Shown in pieces: positions 39,401 to 52,590 of a DNA stretch of 64,000 nucleotides. A program made the translations under genes and the position numbers. Origin of the DNA: Trichodelitschia bisporula (taxonomy: Eukaryota); NCBI GenBank assembly GCA_010356995.1, contig ML996703.1, forward strand, positions 434,001 to 498,000, written 5' to 3'. Numbering within the stretch: the first letter of the stretch is position 1; every line of letters starts with the position of its first letter. The notes below the pieces were generated by a model. It saw nothing but the letters and a program-made list of their open reading frames with translations, made no database searches and was not told the origin of the DNA.

Positions 39401-41349
39401 TCCATCTACTCCACAAGCGCATCCCGCACTACCCCTTTTCCGACCTCACGCGCTGGTATCAGAGCGATGTTCCACATCACCTTCACAAAACAATAAAATA
39501 CTTCCTGTCCCGTGTCAAGCTGAACCTACAAATCCTCGAGGCGAATGAGCTCATCTCACGCACTTCAGAGCAGGCTCGGGTCCTCGGTGTCGACTTTTAC
39601 TCCGTCTTCTCACGCGGCTCGCAGTTCAAAGTCGAGTCGCTTATGTTCCGCATTGCCAAATCCGAAAATTTTATGCTCGTCTCGCCCAGCCGCAAGCAGG
39701 TCGCGGTGCAAAACGCCCTCGAATGCATCCCGTTGGTCATGGAGCCGCAGAGCGCATTCTACTCGTCACCGGTCGTCGTCCTCGACTTCCAGAGCCTCTA
39801 CCCCAGCGTTATGATTGCCTACAACTACTGCTACTCCACCTGCCTGGGTCGTGTAGCCACCTGGCGCGGGCAGAACAAGCTCGGGTTCGCCAACTTCCGG
39901 CGCGAACCCGGTATCCTCGAACTCATGAAAGACCACATTAACGTTGCACCGAACGGGCTAATGTACGTCCGTCCGGAAATGCGTCAAAGCCTGCTCGCAA
40001 AGATGCTGGGCGAGATTCTCGAGACGCGCGTCATGGTGAAGGCCTCGATGGCTGCGGACCGCGACGACAAGCCGCTGCAGACACTGCTCAACAATCGACA
40101 GCTGGCGCTCAAGTTCATCGCCAACGTCACCTACGGCTACACTTCTGCATCATTCTCCGGCCGCATGCCCTGCGCCGAGATCGCGGACTCGATCGTCCAG
40201 TCCGGTCGCGAGACCCTTGAAAAAGCCATCGCTCTGATCCACTCGCACCCCGCGTGGGGCGCGGAGGTCGTCTACGGCGACACCGACTCCCTCTTCGTGC
40301 ATCTCCCAGGCCGCACGCGCGACGCGGCCTTCACCATAGGCGCCGAAATCGCCGCCGCAGTCACAGCCGCCAACCCGCGCCCCATCAAGCTCAAATTCGA
40401 AAAAGTCTACCACCCCTGCGTCCTCCTAGCAAAGAAGCGCTACGTCGGCGCAAAATACGAATACCGTAATCAAGCCGAGCCAGACTTCGACGCCAAAGGC
40501 ATCGAGACAGTCCGCCGGGACGGCACACCGGCAGAGCAAAAGATCGAAGAGCGCGCGCTTAAGCTCCTATTCCGCACCGCCGACCTCAGTCAGGTGAAGA
40601 GCTATGTCCAAGCGCAGTTCAGCAAGATCATGGCCGGGCGCGTCAGCGTGCAGGACTTTGTGTTCGCGCGCGAAGTCCGGCTAGGCCGGTACTCGGACAA
40701 GGGTCCAGGGCCGGCAGGCGCGCTGATCGCGGCGCGGAAAATGGCGGCGGACGCGCGGCGTGAGCCGCAGTACGGCGAGCGAGTGCCCTACGTGGTTGTC
40801 ACAGGGGCGCCGGGTGCGCGGCTGATCGACCGATGCGTGGCGCCTGAGGTGCTCCTCCAAGGGGGCGGGATGGAGTTGGACGCGGAGTACTACATTTCAA
40901 AGAACATCATCCCGCCGTTGGAGCGGATTTTCAATCTCGTCGGCGCTAATGTGCGCCAGTGGTATGATGAGATGCCCCGGGTGCAGCGCGTGAGAGCCTC
41001 TGGTAGCTTAGGAAAAACGCTTGAGGCGTATATGATGTCTACTGCGTGTGTGGTTTGTCGCACCAGGCTGCCGCAGGGCAGTTCTGGGGCGTTGTGTACC
41101 GCGTGTGCGGGCCGCCCGGCAGCGGCGTTGTTTGCGCTTAGGACGCGGATGGGAAAGGCGGAGAAGCGGGTTCGGGAAGTGGAGGAAGTGTGTCGGAGTT
41201 GCACCGGGTCAGAGTTTGGGGAGGAGTCGAAGTGTGATAGTGGGGATTGTCCGGTCTCTTATTCGCGAGTGAAGGAGAAGGCTGGGTTAAGGGCGTTGCG
41301 GGATAAGGTTGGGGGTGTGGTTCAGGAACTGGAGGGGTTGGAATGGTGA
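36438..41349 (+). CDS. REV3: DNA polymerase zeta catalytic subunit
   Basis: AHIHGAFPY, intron ~36688-36733, RGSQFKVES, LDFQSLYPS, YGDTDS, KKRY and C-terminal Cys clusters. Confidence 0.97.
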
Positions 41350-41780
41350 AGGCTAGGTGGGGCGGGATTGAATTCGGTGTGGAGATACCCTGGAGTCGGT
41401 TATGATTATTATATGAGATGGCCAGTTTGCATAGAACCTAGAGGCTTGTCATGGTTAATTGATTGGGGGCTTGAGATGCCCTGGGAAGCAATATCGTTGC
41501 TTCAGTGCCAGTTCCATAGAGCATAGAGTATCGTCTAACGTACAGTTACAGTGGCCAGTAAATCCTCTAATGCGCCTGATATGCGGTACCCCTTCGAAAC
41601 GCCAACTCATGTCATTAACCACATTACCCCTAGAGCGAAACCACCTTTCGCCCTCCCTTTTATACAGTCCCAGAACGTCCGGGGCACAGTTTGATGTGCA
41701 GAGACGGGCAACTGGCTGGCCCTGAAGAATGTGAAGGCCTCGCTCCCGCAGCAAAAGAGGGGCCTCTTCCTTATTGCTTT

Positions 41781-43022
41781 TTAGATGGTGGGCGTCTCTC
41801 CCAGTACCCTCAATCCAGCTTCGTACACGCCAAACATAATGGCAGCGCTGGGGACTACGCGCATCATATGGGGAATCAACCCACCATACAGCCCAGCAAT
41901 ACCCTCTTCAATGAAGATGAGCTTGAAGCACTGAGCGAGGCCGGTATATTTGAGGCGCCCGTTCTGCATAGGAGCCTGACGGAGCCGTGTTCGCACCACC
42001 TAGGTATGTTAACATGACTTTATTCCTGGTCGAAGAGGTAAACATGCCTCGTGTGGATATGTGATGATAGCAGCGAACAGCTTAGCACTTCCTGCAACGA
42101 ACATGTTCCCAGTGTAAGACACAGTGTCGTCCCATGCTGTCCGCAGCCTTCCTGAAGCTACGAGACGCTCCTCTCGTAGTGCCAGCTTCCGCTTTCCTTG
42201 CTCGTACAGCACCCACTGAAGAGTGCTCTCAGATACACCGAGGTAGCTCGCACTCAACCCCCGGTAAAGGCCACGGATGCCTTCATGGCGCACGGTCTTG
42301 ACTACGCAGTCCAAAGCATTCTTATACTCCCGCCCCCCGCCTTCCCGCGCGTGCGACTTATCCAGCTGCAGTCGAGTCTTGACGAGCCATATCGGATTCG
42401 TAGCGGTCCCGGTTATGAGCCCCGCGGAAGCCGCAGCAATTAGATGTACCCACGCCGCCTCCTGTCCGTTATTGAAGTAGTTGCTGATGAACTTCTTGCC
42501 GTTCCCATAACTGTAGAAGTTGATAGCGCGCGCGGGCACAACGCCGATCAAATTCGGCCCCAGCCCTTTGAATAGCGCACGCCAACCTTCGGCGCGGGGA
42601 ATGGCAAAGAGTATTTGGAAGGTCTCACGAATGTGTAGGAGCGAGCTTCTCGTAAACGACATGGTAGAAGGGTTAGGGATGCCACGAGTGGCCCGCGAGG
42701 CTTGGAGTTGTTGCTTGTAGTAGTCTGACTGTAGCCTTGTCTTCAAGACGTCAAGAGGCGCGGTGAGAGTTGCTGAGGTCATACCACCAGCCCTACGTTG
42801 ATCAACGTCTACTCAGAATCGAGCAGCGCAAAGTGCTTACCCGCCCGCCAGAAAATGCGCCCATGACTTCCCGAAGGGAGACTTGCGATGCGCTACGGCC
42901 ACCGCAGGCTGCCTTGCGTCTCCGATTCCATCCCCGTTCTCCTGCAGCTGCGCAGATGTCTTTTTCTGCAGACCGAGGTTGGTACTCGGGATTTGATTGG
43001 GGTTTGAAGAAGGTAGTGTCAT
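41781..43022 (-). CDS. RIM2: Mitochondrial carrier, pyrimidine nucleotide transporter Rim2; 2 introns
   Basis: WAHFLAGG, PLDVLKTRLQ, GLGPNLIGVVPARAINF, PIWLVKTRLQ, YPHE|VVRTRLRQ. Confidence 0.92.
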
Positions 43023-43539
43023 GAACGTGTATGTTCGCCGGGCGCGTCGCTCGGGCTTCGAGGCTGCACCAGTGAATCTCAGAGATGTGGGTGTGTGTCG
43101 CGGTTGTTTGTTTTGGAAATAGGTAGGTCAAGTACTCTGATAAGACTATGCTGGTCGAGTAAGCCGAGAAATTGTGTTGGAGTGTGGGGAACGGTGTCTT
43201 TCGAGAATTGCGGGCAAGGCACACAAATTTTCGACGAGCGGAGGTGATGACGGAGGTCAAGGACGGGCAAAAACTCCAGGACATCCGTGCACACCAATCC
43301 GACCATAGCCACGCGAAAGCGCACCACCAAACGGTCGTATCCCCAACTGAGTGCTCCAGACGTCGCCTCTTCTCACCTTCTCATCTCTACCGGTATCGTG
43401 ACCGTCGCCAGCCAGGCCACGACCAGTCTGGTTACCAGCTTCTACCGTAATTGCGCTTCGTCGCAACGGTCTCCTGCGGCAAGCCTCTGCCTCCACATCC
43501 GCAACCCCACTTCTACTCCGCACCCCATTGCCAACCACC

Positions 43540-44365
43540 ATGCATTGCACGCATCAGCTGCGTGCTCCTCCTGGCTTCTGGAAGCGCAGCTTGGATGAGT
43601 TGGCGAGACTCTCAGGAATCGGTGCGTACGGTGACGGCCACTATTCCCAAGCTAATGCCATGACCAGCTATCCGATTCGAAGGCATACATAGACCAACCA
43701 AGCCTTTTCCTCTCATCTACTTTCACGATGCGAACTCCACAACACTTTGCAAGCGTATGTCAGATGCTGACATGGGCGGGTTTTCCCAGTGCAATGTCGA
43801 CTTTGTGCCAGCGAGCGGCTCGGAGCCCGCACATGCCCGCTTCCATGGCAACATCTCCACCGACCTTCCAAAGGACCGCCCAGAAATCGTGCGGACCGGT
43901 TATGCGGGGTGGAGAACGCTCGATCGGAAGTTTACGCTTTTCGGCAAGTCTCTCTGGGACATCGACCCCTATAGCTACATTGCGCTCCGCGTCAAGTCAG
44001 ACGGCCGGAAGTACTTTGTGAACCTTCAAACCGATTCCATTGTTCCCACCGACTTGCATCAGCACCGCTTGTTCACACGAAAACCTGGAGGCTGGGAAAC
44101 GGTGCTTATCAGCCTCAATGATTTTGTCAGAACCAATCACGGCACGGTTGTGGAGCCGCAGTCTGAAATCCTTCGACAGAAGGTAAAGAGTGTAGGTATC
44201 AGCCTGGTCGACCGAGTTCCCGGACCCTTCGATCTCTGCATCGAGCGAGTTTGGGCTACCAATGGCCTGGAGGAAGAGAATGCGAAAGACAGCGACTTCG
44301 CCCTCAGCGGACGGGAGGGAGGCCGCCAGGCGGATCCGAAGAAGCCGGAAAAAATATTAATATGA
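43540..44365 (+). CDS. CIA30: Complex I intermediate-associated protein 30 (NDUFAF1); 1 intron
   Basis: GFWKRSLDEL exon 1; SDADMGGFS, RTGYAGWRT, RVKSDGRKYFVNLQT. Confidence 0.92.
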
Positions 44366-45198
44366 AAGTTGGGGATCCACCATTGTTTGAGCTTGACTGT
44401 ACCTTGCGCGTTTCGGCCCTCGCTTCGACTCTCACCCCTGGCCAAGCCAACGGCGGGACCCCAAGTTAGAGGATTCAAATCTATTGCAGCTCGGAGCACA
44501 TCCGAAGCTGAACTTTGTGCGCACCCTACAGTAGGCCACCTCTTCTGATGCTCTCGATTGATCCGCCATCACGAGTCTTACTCGCTGATCGGACATCGCC
44601 AAGATAAGAAGGCGTCAGCAATATCCCTACGCCGAGCATCGCTCTGGGGCCCGATGTCTTCAGATTCCGCGGCAGATCTGACCCCGCTGCCGATATTGGC
44701 CTAACGATCATTTTGATGGGCTTCTCGTCGCTTGACACCGAGAAGTAAAATGCGAGCAATCTGCCTTACAATTTAACCCGCTCCGCTCACAGATCGGATA
44801 CCCTGGCAGCTAGCTTCCCCAGGATACAAGCGGGCGGTGAGGCGCGTGGAAGGCCGATTCACTGCATCGCAATGCTCCTTTCAAGCTTCGCCAGATGGCC
44901 CGCAGACTAGGCGACGCTGCAGACGACCCGAGGCGCGATATCCTAGATGCCGCTCGATGAGCATGTTCTCACCATGGCACTCACCTGACATCTGCATGGG
45001 CCACCGGGGTTTTTGTATCTATATTGCATTCGTTTTCATTGGGTTAGCGTGGGAGGTATAGTACGAAAGGTGGTAGCCAAATTCCGGTGATATATCTTTG
45101 CGCCGTTGCCCCCGGCTTTCCTCGTGTTGACTTGATTCTTTCAGCCTGAACACTCCCTTCCGTTCTGTCACTCATTTTTCTGAATTGAATTCTTCATC

Positions 45199-46140
45199 AT
45201 GAAGTTCCTCATCCCCAGCCTGGTGCTTGCAGGGCTCGCAGCCGCTCAGAGCTGCGTGACGTCGCCGCCGAAAGGCATGCAAAAGGAGCCGTGCAACAAG
45301 CCCGAGGACTGCAACTACTGCTATCTTACCATGCAGGACCTGAAGACCGGACCCTGCAAGGCCATTACTTGGATTTTTGCGCGCGCATCAACTGAGTTGG
45401 GTAACATGGGAGCGTCTGTGGGAACTTTGATCGCAATCAACCTTAATCAAACCTATGGTGCGGCCAACGTTGCTGTCCAAGGTGTCGATTATCCAGCTGC
45501 CCTGATGGACAACGTGGGAGGCCAGGGCTGCGCTGCGAAGGGTATCAGCGGGGCCGTTGAGCTGTTTAATATGGCGAGCACCAAATGCCCGAACACCATC
45601 GTGGTTGCCGGTGGCTACAGGTACGGTTCACGCAGCCTCCACTCATGGCATCGCTGATTCCCGTATAGCCAAGGCACAGCCTGCATGCATGCTGCGATTC
45701 CGCAACTCAAGGAGAATGTGCGCCAACAGATTGCTGCCGTCGTCCTCTTCGGCGACACCAGGGCAAAGCAGACCGGTCGTACCATCAAAGGTCTCGACGC
45801 GTCGAAGTACAAGATCTTCTGCAACAACGACACGGATGCGGTTTGCAAGGGGACTCTGAGGTTCGTATCTTTGTTCTCCTCGAAATCAGACCTGACCTTC
45901 ACTAGCATCACGCAAGCGCATTTCGGCTATGCCCCCTTCGTTCCGGAGGCTACCGCCTTCTTGAAGGAGCGCATTGCCGCTGCCAAGGGTGGATCGAGCA
46001 TTAGCAGTGCTGAAGGTGCCGCCAGCGCACCCGCACCCAAGGCGCCGAAGGCGCCGAAGGCTGCCAGCCCGAAGGCAAGCCCGAAGAGCATGGGCGGTGC
46101 TATGGAGGGTGATGGACACAGCCATGGCCATAGTGGATAG
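45199..46140 (+). CDS. Secreted cutinase (CE5); 2 introns; Ala/Pro/Lys-rich tail
   Basis: Signal peptide, IFARASTELGNMG, GVDYPA, GGY|SQG nucleophile elbow across an intron, VLFGD, CNNDTDAVC, H. Confidence 0.92.
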
Positions 46141-46756
46141 ACCAGCAACTATGTAGGAATAGATGAGACTCTTTTAAATCTCCGCATAGTGATCGTGTAT
46201 CGAGGTTTTTGTGGTCCAAAAGGGTCATCCGCGGATTTTGTGGACCAGTTTTAACCTCAGTACGGTTACATCCGTATATGGACGAGGAAAATCTGCGTAC
46301 AGCCACTGTTGGCTTTCATGATCACGAATGGGATATAGTTTCAGCAGACTCTCCATCTCGGGTGGCTCAAGCCAGTTTAGCCTTCGAATTACCGCAGGGA
46401 TTACAGGTATGTACGCGTATGGGTCGAGTTTCCTGGCCTTTGAAGTCGAGTGCCAAGGAATGAGACGACTTCACGGCAACAACGGTCACGCAGCGCAAGT
46501 GGTAAAGTCGACTATGACTCCCCGAGATCAGACATATTCTGATCTGAAAAGTGTGGTGGCTACTCGGATGAAAGGTCCAAGGATTACATGAGCGCGTCTA
46601 CCACGTTCCGCGAAGTGTTGGCCCGAACTGCTGGAGCTGGCCGCCGCAACTGCCTCGCCATAAACATCAACAGATGTCTGCCATCGCATTCCTAACCTGA
46701 CCACCAAAAAAATCTCTGCTTTTCCATTCAAAATTACGTCAGACATTCGGCCGCAA

Positions 46757-49419
46757 ATGACGCGCTATCTGACGCCCTCGAAGGTAGGCCTCCTGGTCCT
46801 CGTCTCCATGTACGGCGACGGGGATCTCTGCAACCATGCGATCAGGAAGTTTCTCAAGTTCATCACCCTTCGAGTCGCAAATTCCTCGACTCGGACCAGC
46901 GCCTTCAAGTCCACCGATCCAGCGGACCCCACAGTCACAGTGGAGGAATTGCTGCAACTCGCCTCTCCATACGCCTCACCCCTCCCGGGGCGGTCTCTGG
47001 ACTACTTCGTTTTGAAGAAGCTCTGGTCCATCACCAGCATCCACAGCCTCCACGAATTTTTCGATAGCCTACAGGGTCTTCTATTCAAGTCAGGCGATCG
47101 TAGGAACGAATCTCCAAACTCCAAGGCTACTCGTCGGATCCTCTTTCTGGACGTCTCGCCCTTGGGGCTCTTCATCCGTCGCGCTCGAGTGGAGCACGAT
47201 CGGATGCAATTTGAAGATGTAATCAAGCTCTGGAACGCTTTTCGAGCGTTTCGCGCACCCACTGAAAAGGCCTGGATGGAACTCAGCGGTAAGCCTGCTT
47301 TACAGGGAGAGGTCGCAGTGGACGAGGCTTGGACCCAATATACGTATCTCGGAAACTTCGAGCCAAATAAGGCAGAGACAACCAACAGCGTAGAGGACGT
47401 TGAGAAAAGCTTGGAGTTTCAGTTGGACCGTTTGCAGCGTTTGTCATTCCCCGTTCGAACTCGAATTGCGTTTACCATGAATAGGCTATGGCATCCGTGC
47501 TCCTTACGAAGTAAGAGAGCGCTTGAAGAGGCTGACTTTGGTGCCTTCTGCACCTACGCTCACGTTCTTCGTCAAGTGAGTGGGAATAGGAAGCATTAGT
47601 TAGCGATACTGATATTCATAGATTTTATGACGCATGGAAAGCTGGGGACTTCACCAGCGCCCACGAAAATCTGCACCGGTATTTTGACTACACCATGCAG
47701 ACGGGGGCCAAGAGCAACTATCAGTACGCCTTGCTCCACAAGTCAATGCTGCAAGTCGATTTTGGGCGCTTCTCCGAGGCGATAAAGGTCTTGAATGAAA
47801 CGATTGCAATGGCTCGAGAAAATCAGGACGCCGAGTGCCTGAACCTCAGTCTTAGTTGGCAGAATCATCTCCTTCGTGCCTATCCGAAGCACATGGCCGC
47901 TATGTTTATGGCGGGATCCGAAAAGGAAAGCCTGTACTTTCTGAAGATGAAGGCTAAGGAGGGGAAGCTGTGGAGTATCCTCAGCTCATCCCTTCTCAAC
48001 GAGGCCAAGATCTTGTTGTCCTCCGTACGTATTGCGCAACTTGCTGGGATACCACTGATCACGGAGTAGGGCGGGGGCGTTCCGACAGCGATCAGCCTCC
48101 TCTCAGAAGTGTCTAAGCTAAACACCCAGCACCACATCGTGGGCAATTGGAACTCGCATGCCATGACGCTCTCGACGATCATGGGCCGCCTTGGTATATC
48201 ATTTACACATCACGCTCTTTCGCTAATGTTCATAGGTCTCGCCAGCCTTACGCAGTCATACTGCGAGCTATCGTTCCACGGCTATTCGGCCTGCGCCGCT
48301 ACGGATGAGACTCTACGGGCAGTCTGCCTCTCTGCCTCCCTTGCAAGTCTTCCGGAGTTTTGCACAGCATCTGCTAACGATTTTAGGCCAATTGTGAGGG
48401 AGACTACGAAAAGTCCGAGCAGCTGCTGAGCAATGTCGACGGCAATGTTACCGGTTTGATGAAGCTGAACCAGTTTCTCCACACCTACAAAGACCTGTTG
48501 AAGTTGAAGCGGCTTCTCCATAAGTATGTACACCCGACGCATGGCTGCATAAGCTAACCAGTGGCTAGTAACGACATCCAAGCGGCATACCGCATCATGG
48601 CGGAGCTGAATGTGAGGCCGTATCAGGACACTGACATACAGTTTCACGTTGCTATTCTCAACATCGAGTACCTTTGCAAGTCGAGTAACTTCCCTCAGGC
48701 CTATGAAGCCATCGAAGACTTGGGTCACAAGTTGCAGGAGGAGGACGGCGATGTCTTCCAGCGCGTCACGGTGCTACTCCAGAAGGCCCATCTCTTCGAA
48801 GCGGTGGGACGCCCCGCTCAAGGCTTCACCGTGGCGCTTCGTGCAGCCAACAGCGCCTATCGCGCACGGCTTCTACCGTCCTTGTGGGAGGCTGTCGGCC
48901 TAATGGCGAAGATTCACAGCTCACTGGAGCAGTTTGAGGCTGCTCGTCGGCTGCTCGAAGCCGTGCTGCCCCAGGTACGCTAGCTTTGACTGCAGTGACG
49001 TGACTAACACTTTCAGACACTAACTGGCGGTGATGCCCACCTCTGCGCCCAGTTGTACATGTATCTCGGCGACGCCTTTATGGGCCTGGCTGGGACGCAA
49101 CAGGGCGATGCACGGATCGCCTCATTGTCGAAGGTCGAACACAGCATTGACCGGGCTCAAGCTTGTGAGTAGCCTGTCATCTCCTTCAAGGCCCCTGTGA
49201 TGCCTGGGAGATTACTGTCTTGTTTCTAAGCTAATGTATGTCTCAGACAGTGCTAAACTCGGCGATTCGAAGACCGAGCTGGAGGGCATAGCGAAGAAAA
49301 TGCTCGTTGCCGAGGTCCTGGGCCAGCATGGACAGACGGAGGAGCGCGCAAACGAGTATATTAGGCTCCATGTGAAGCATTCTCGGCTGCTGAAGACTGC
49401 CTCTGCGCAGGTTGCATGA
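46757..49419 (+). CDS. APC5: Anaphase-promoting complex subunit 5; multi-exon
   Basis: MTRYLTPSKVGLL, SPLGLFIRRA, AHENLHRYFDY, YQYALLH; position next to COX13. Confidence 0.9.
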
Positions 49420-49618
49420 GTATCATTGGTACCTCTGGGGTGGTCATCACGTGTGCTCGGGTGCAAACAAAGGAGATACATGGTGTCTATCCTTGAGCTA
49501 TGTACATGGAGATAAGCAGAGCAGTACCATCGGCAGTGGACGTAAATGGCTCCATGTTCGAAGAACCGTCAAATGCCCCTCCAATGATGCCGAATGTGAA
49601 ACAGACGCAATACCAAGC

Positions 49619-50186
49619 CTACTCGTCGTTGGCGGCCTTGTAGTTAATCTCATCGTTCCAGAAGAGCGTCTAAAGATTATTAGTTGTGTTCCAAGCTCGC
49701 AACGGGGTAAATACCTTATCACCATTGCCCCACGGGAATGCTTTCGCACGAAGATTCAGGTACTCGTACTGCGGGCGCTCGGAAGGCGGCGGGCGGTGAG
49801 ACTCATGCTCCCAATGCTCATGCCACAGCTTGTAGGCATTGGCACCAGCAAGCAGGAGGGCGGGAACGACGGCACTGCGTCTGTTAGCACCGACTGTGAC
49901 CTGGCAAAATAGTGCGAAGCTTAGGGGCACTTACTAAATGGACAGCTTGCGCCAGAGACCTATTCTCAATTAGCGACCGTCCGTAGCGCATTTAAGCTAA
50001 CGAAGCTGCCATACCCGAGGAGTCAGCGGCGTGCTGCTTCACAGCGGCCCGCTCGCGGTTGAACGCATTGTCCTGGGCGCCGTGGAGGTTCGTCTCGGCC
50101 GACGAGTACGTGCGATTGCCGGAGCGGATGAGCTGCGACTTGACCGGTACGCGGCGGGCGGTGCCGAGGAGAGTGCGAGACAGCAT
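49619..50186 (-). CDS. COX13: Cytochrome c oxidase subunit VIa; 3 introns
   Basis: NAFNRERAAVKQHAA, LWRKLS, YLNLRAKAFPWGNGDK|TLFWN. Confidence 0.95.
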
Positions 50187-50645
50187 TGTGGTCCAGAGGG
50201 TGTGTCAATGGCGTGGTGAAAGTGGGTTGTGGGAGCTGTGGTGGTGATGTCGTGGTGCAGCGTGCAGTGAGCTGATCGCGAATTCTCGGGTGATGAATTG
50301 TCCGTCCCGCGGTAGGAAAGTGTTTATGCCTGAGGAAGCATGGCAAAAACTGCCCAGTATGATGACATAATGCAGCACTCCAAGCGCCGGGTCGAACCGT
50401 GCCAAGCCACGGTGCACATGCCCACGCGCTCAGTCGCGCCTCCCCAGGATCTTCGGCTGCCTTGCCAGGTCCGCTTCAACATCACAACTCCAATGGTCCA
50501 GCAGCCTTGTTGGGACGATACCTAGTGGAAAATTACGGCAAAGGGCAACATAATTGTCTCAACACACTTCGGCGATGATGTGATATTCACTCGCAAACGT
50601 TAATACAAACTCCACATGACCTTATGAATTTGCCCCACCGTCATC

Positions 50646-52590
50646 ATGGGGACCCGCATAACGACGTGGAATGTGAACGGCATCAGAAACCCATTTGGGT
50701 ACCAGCCATGGCGGGATATTCGCACGTTTGAGGGCATGTTCGACATTCTTGAAGCCGATATCGTCGTCATGCAGGAGCTCAAGATTCAGCGCAAAGATCT
50801 CCGCGATGACATGGTTCTGATTCCTGGCTGGGATTGCTTCTTTAGCCTGCCGAAGTACAAGAAAGGTATGGCAAGTCTTATGATATGGACTGTAACTCAT
50901 AAATCAGGGTACTCTGGCGTGGGAATTTACACGCGTCAGACGGCATGCGCTCCCATCCGCGCTGAAGAGGGCGTTCTAGGTGTTCTCTCGCCACCGGGTA
51001 GCTCAACTGCGTACCGTGATCAACCACCGGAAAGTTGTATCGGTGGATATCCAGATCTTGAACCGCTCGCAGAACTCGACGTTGACCCGGCCTCGCTCGA
51101 TGCGGAAGGCCGTTGCGTGGTACTCGAATTTCCCGCCTTCGTGCTCTTCGGGGTGTACAGCCCGGCCAACAGCAACGGTATGCGAGACGAGTTCCGGTAT
51201 GCGTTCCTCACGGCCCTGGAGACGCGCCTCCGCAATCTAGATCGCATGGGGAAGCGGGTCGTGCTCGTGGGCGATTTGAACATCACCCGTACGGAAGAAG
51301 ATTCCGCGGCCGGGTTGCTCGATGTGAAAAAGATGGTTATGACGCATGAGGAATTCATATCGACACCAAACAGGCGACTCTTCAATCAACTGATTGAAGG
51401 CGGTGAGGTTGTCGGTGACAGAGACGGAGGCCGGGAGAACCCGATTCTATGGGATGTCTGCAGAGGATTTCACGAGGGCAGACACGGCATGTACACTCAT
51501 TGGGAGCAGAAGATTAATGCTCGCCCTGGAAACTACGGTTCGCGCATTGACTACGTGCTCGCCAGCATCAGCATGAAGTCATGGTTTTCGGAGTCAAACA
51601 TTCAAGAGGGACTGCTGGTGAGCAAATCAGGAGCTTTCTTCAGGTTCCACCACTGATTTACGCAGGGATCCGATCATTGTCCTGTTTACGCTGATTTCAA
51701 GGATATAATCCAGCTAGAGGGCAAGGAAGTTTTCTTCCGTGACCTCATGACCCCTCCAGGAACGTTTGTGGACGGACAGCTGGCCAATTCTGGCGTTACG
51801 AAGTCAATCCCAGCACTGTCTGGAAGACTGCTGCCAGAATTCGATCGCAGACAAAGTATCAAAGATATGTTCACTCGCAAAGCTGCTATCAAGGCCCCAG
51901 CGAGCTCACCACCTGAGACACGCACGGGGAGTCAGGTACCTGCCCAATTTCTAGCCTCTAGCCCGGCTTCGGCGAGCCTAGGTACAAAGCGCAAGGGAGC
52001 GCCCTCTAAAGCGACTCCGGCGCTCAAGCACACAAAGATTGTGGGCTCGAATCCGCAACATAATGCCAAAAATGGTCAGCTCTCTCTGAAAGGCTTTTTC
52101 GCCCCGAAGGTTGCATTGAGTTCAAAGACCGGAGCAACCAATGTAGAGACGGAGTGTTCCACCACCGAAGTCGGCCAGCAGCCACCCGACGCAGCCGAAT
52201 CTCAAGCCATGCAGACCGAGACAATTCTCACTGAATCCGATCGCGATGATACTGCCTCACAAAGCGAGGGTCCGCTCCTATTTCCCTCCGAGGCGGCGAA
52301 AGAGGGCTGGTCCAAATTGTTCACTAAGCGCGGCCCGCCCTTGTGTGACGGCCATGGGGAGCAATGCATCACATACACCACCAAAAAGAAAGGGCCTAAC
52401 TTTGGCCGGAGCTTCTGGATATGCCCCAGGTCAGTAATGCCTATGGACCTTCATTTTGTCCCGACTAATGCGTATCAGACCTGTTGGCCCAACAGGGACC
52501 TCTGAAGTTAGCGGCGAATGGCGTTGCAAGACTTTCATCTGGACGAGCGACTGGAACCGGGAGGGAAAAGAACTGGCGGCATCCAAGTAG
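50646..52590 (+). CDS. APN2: Class II AP endonuclease / DNA lyase Apn2 with C-terminal GRF zinc finger
   Basis: RITTWNVNGIRN, QELKIQRKDL, GDLNI, SRIDY, GSDHCPV, CDGHGEQC...NFGRSFWICPR. Confidence 0.96.
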
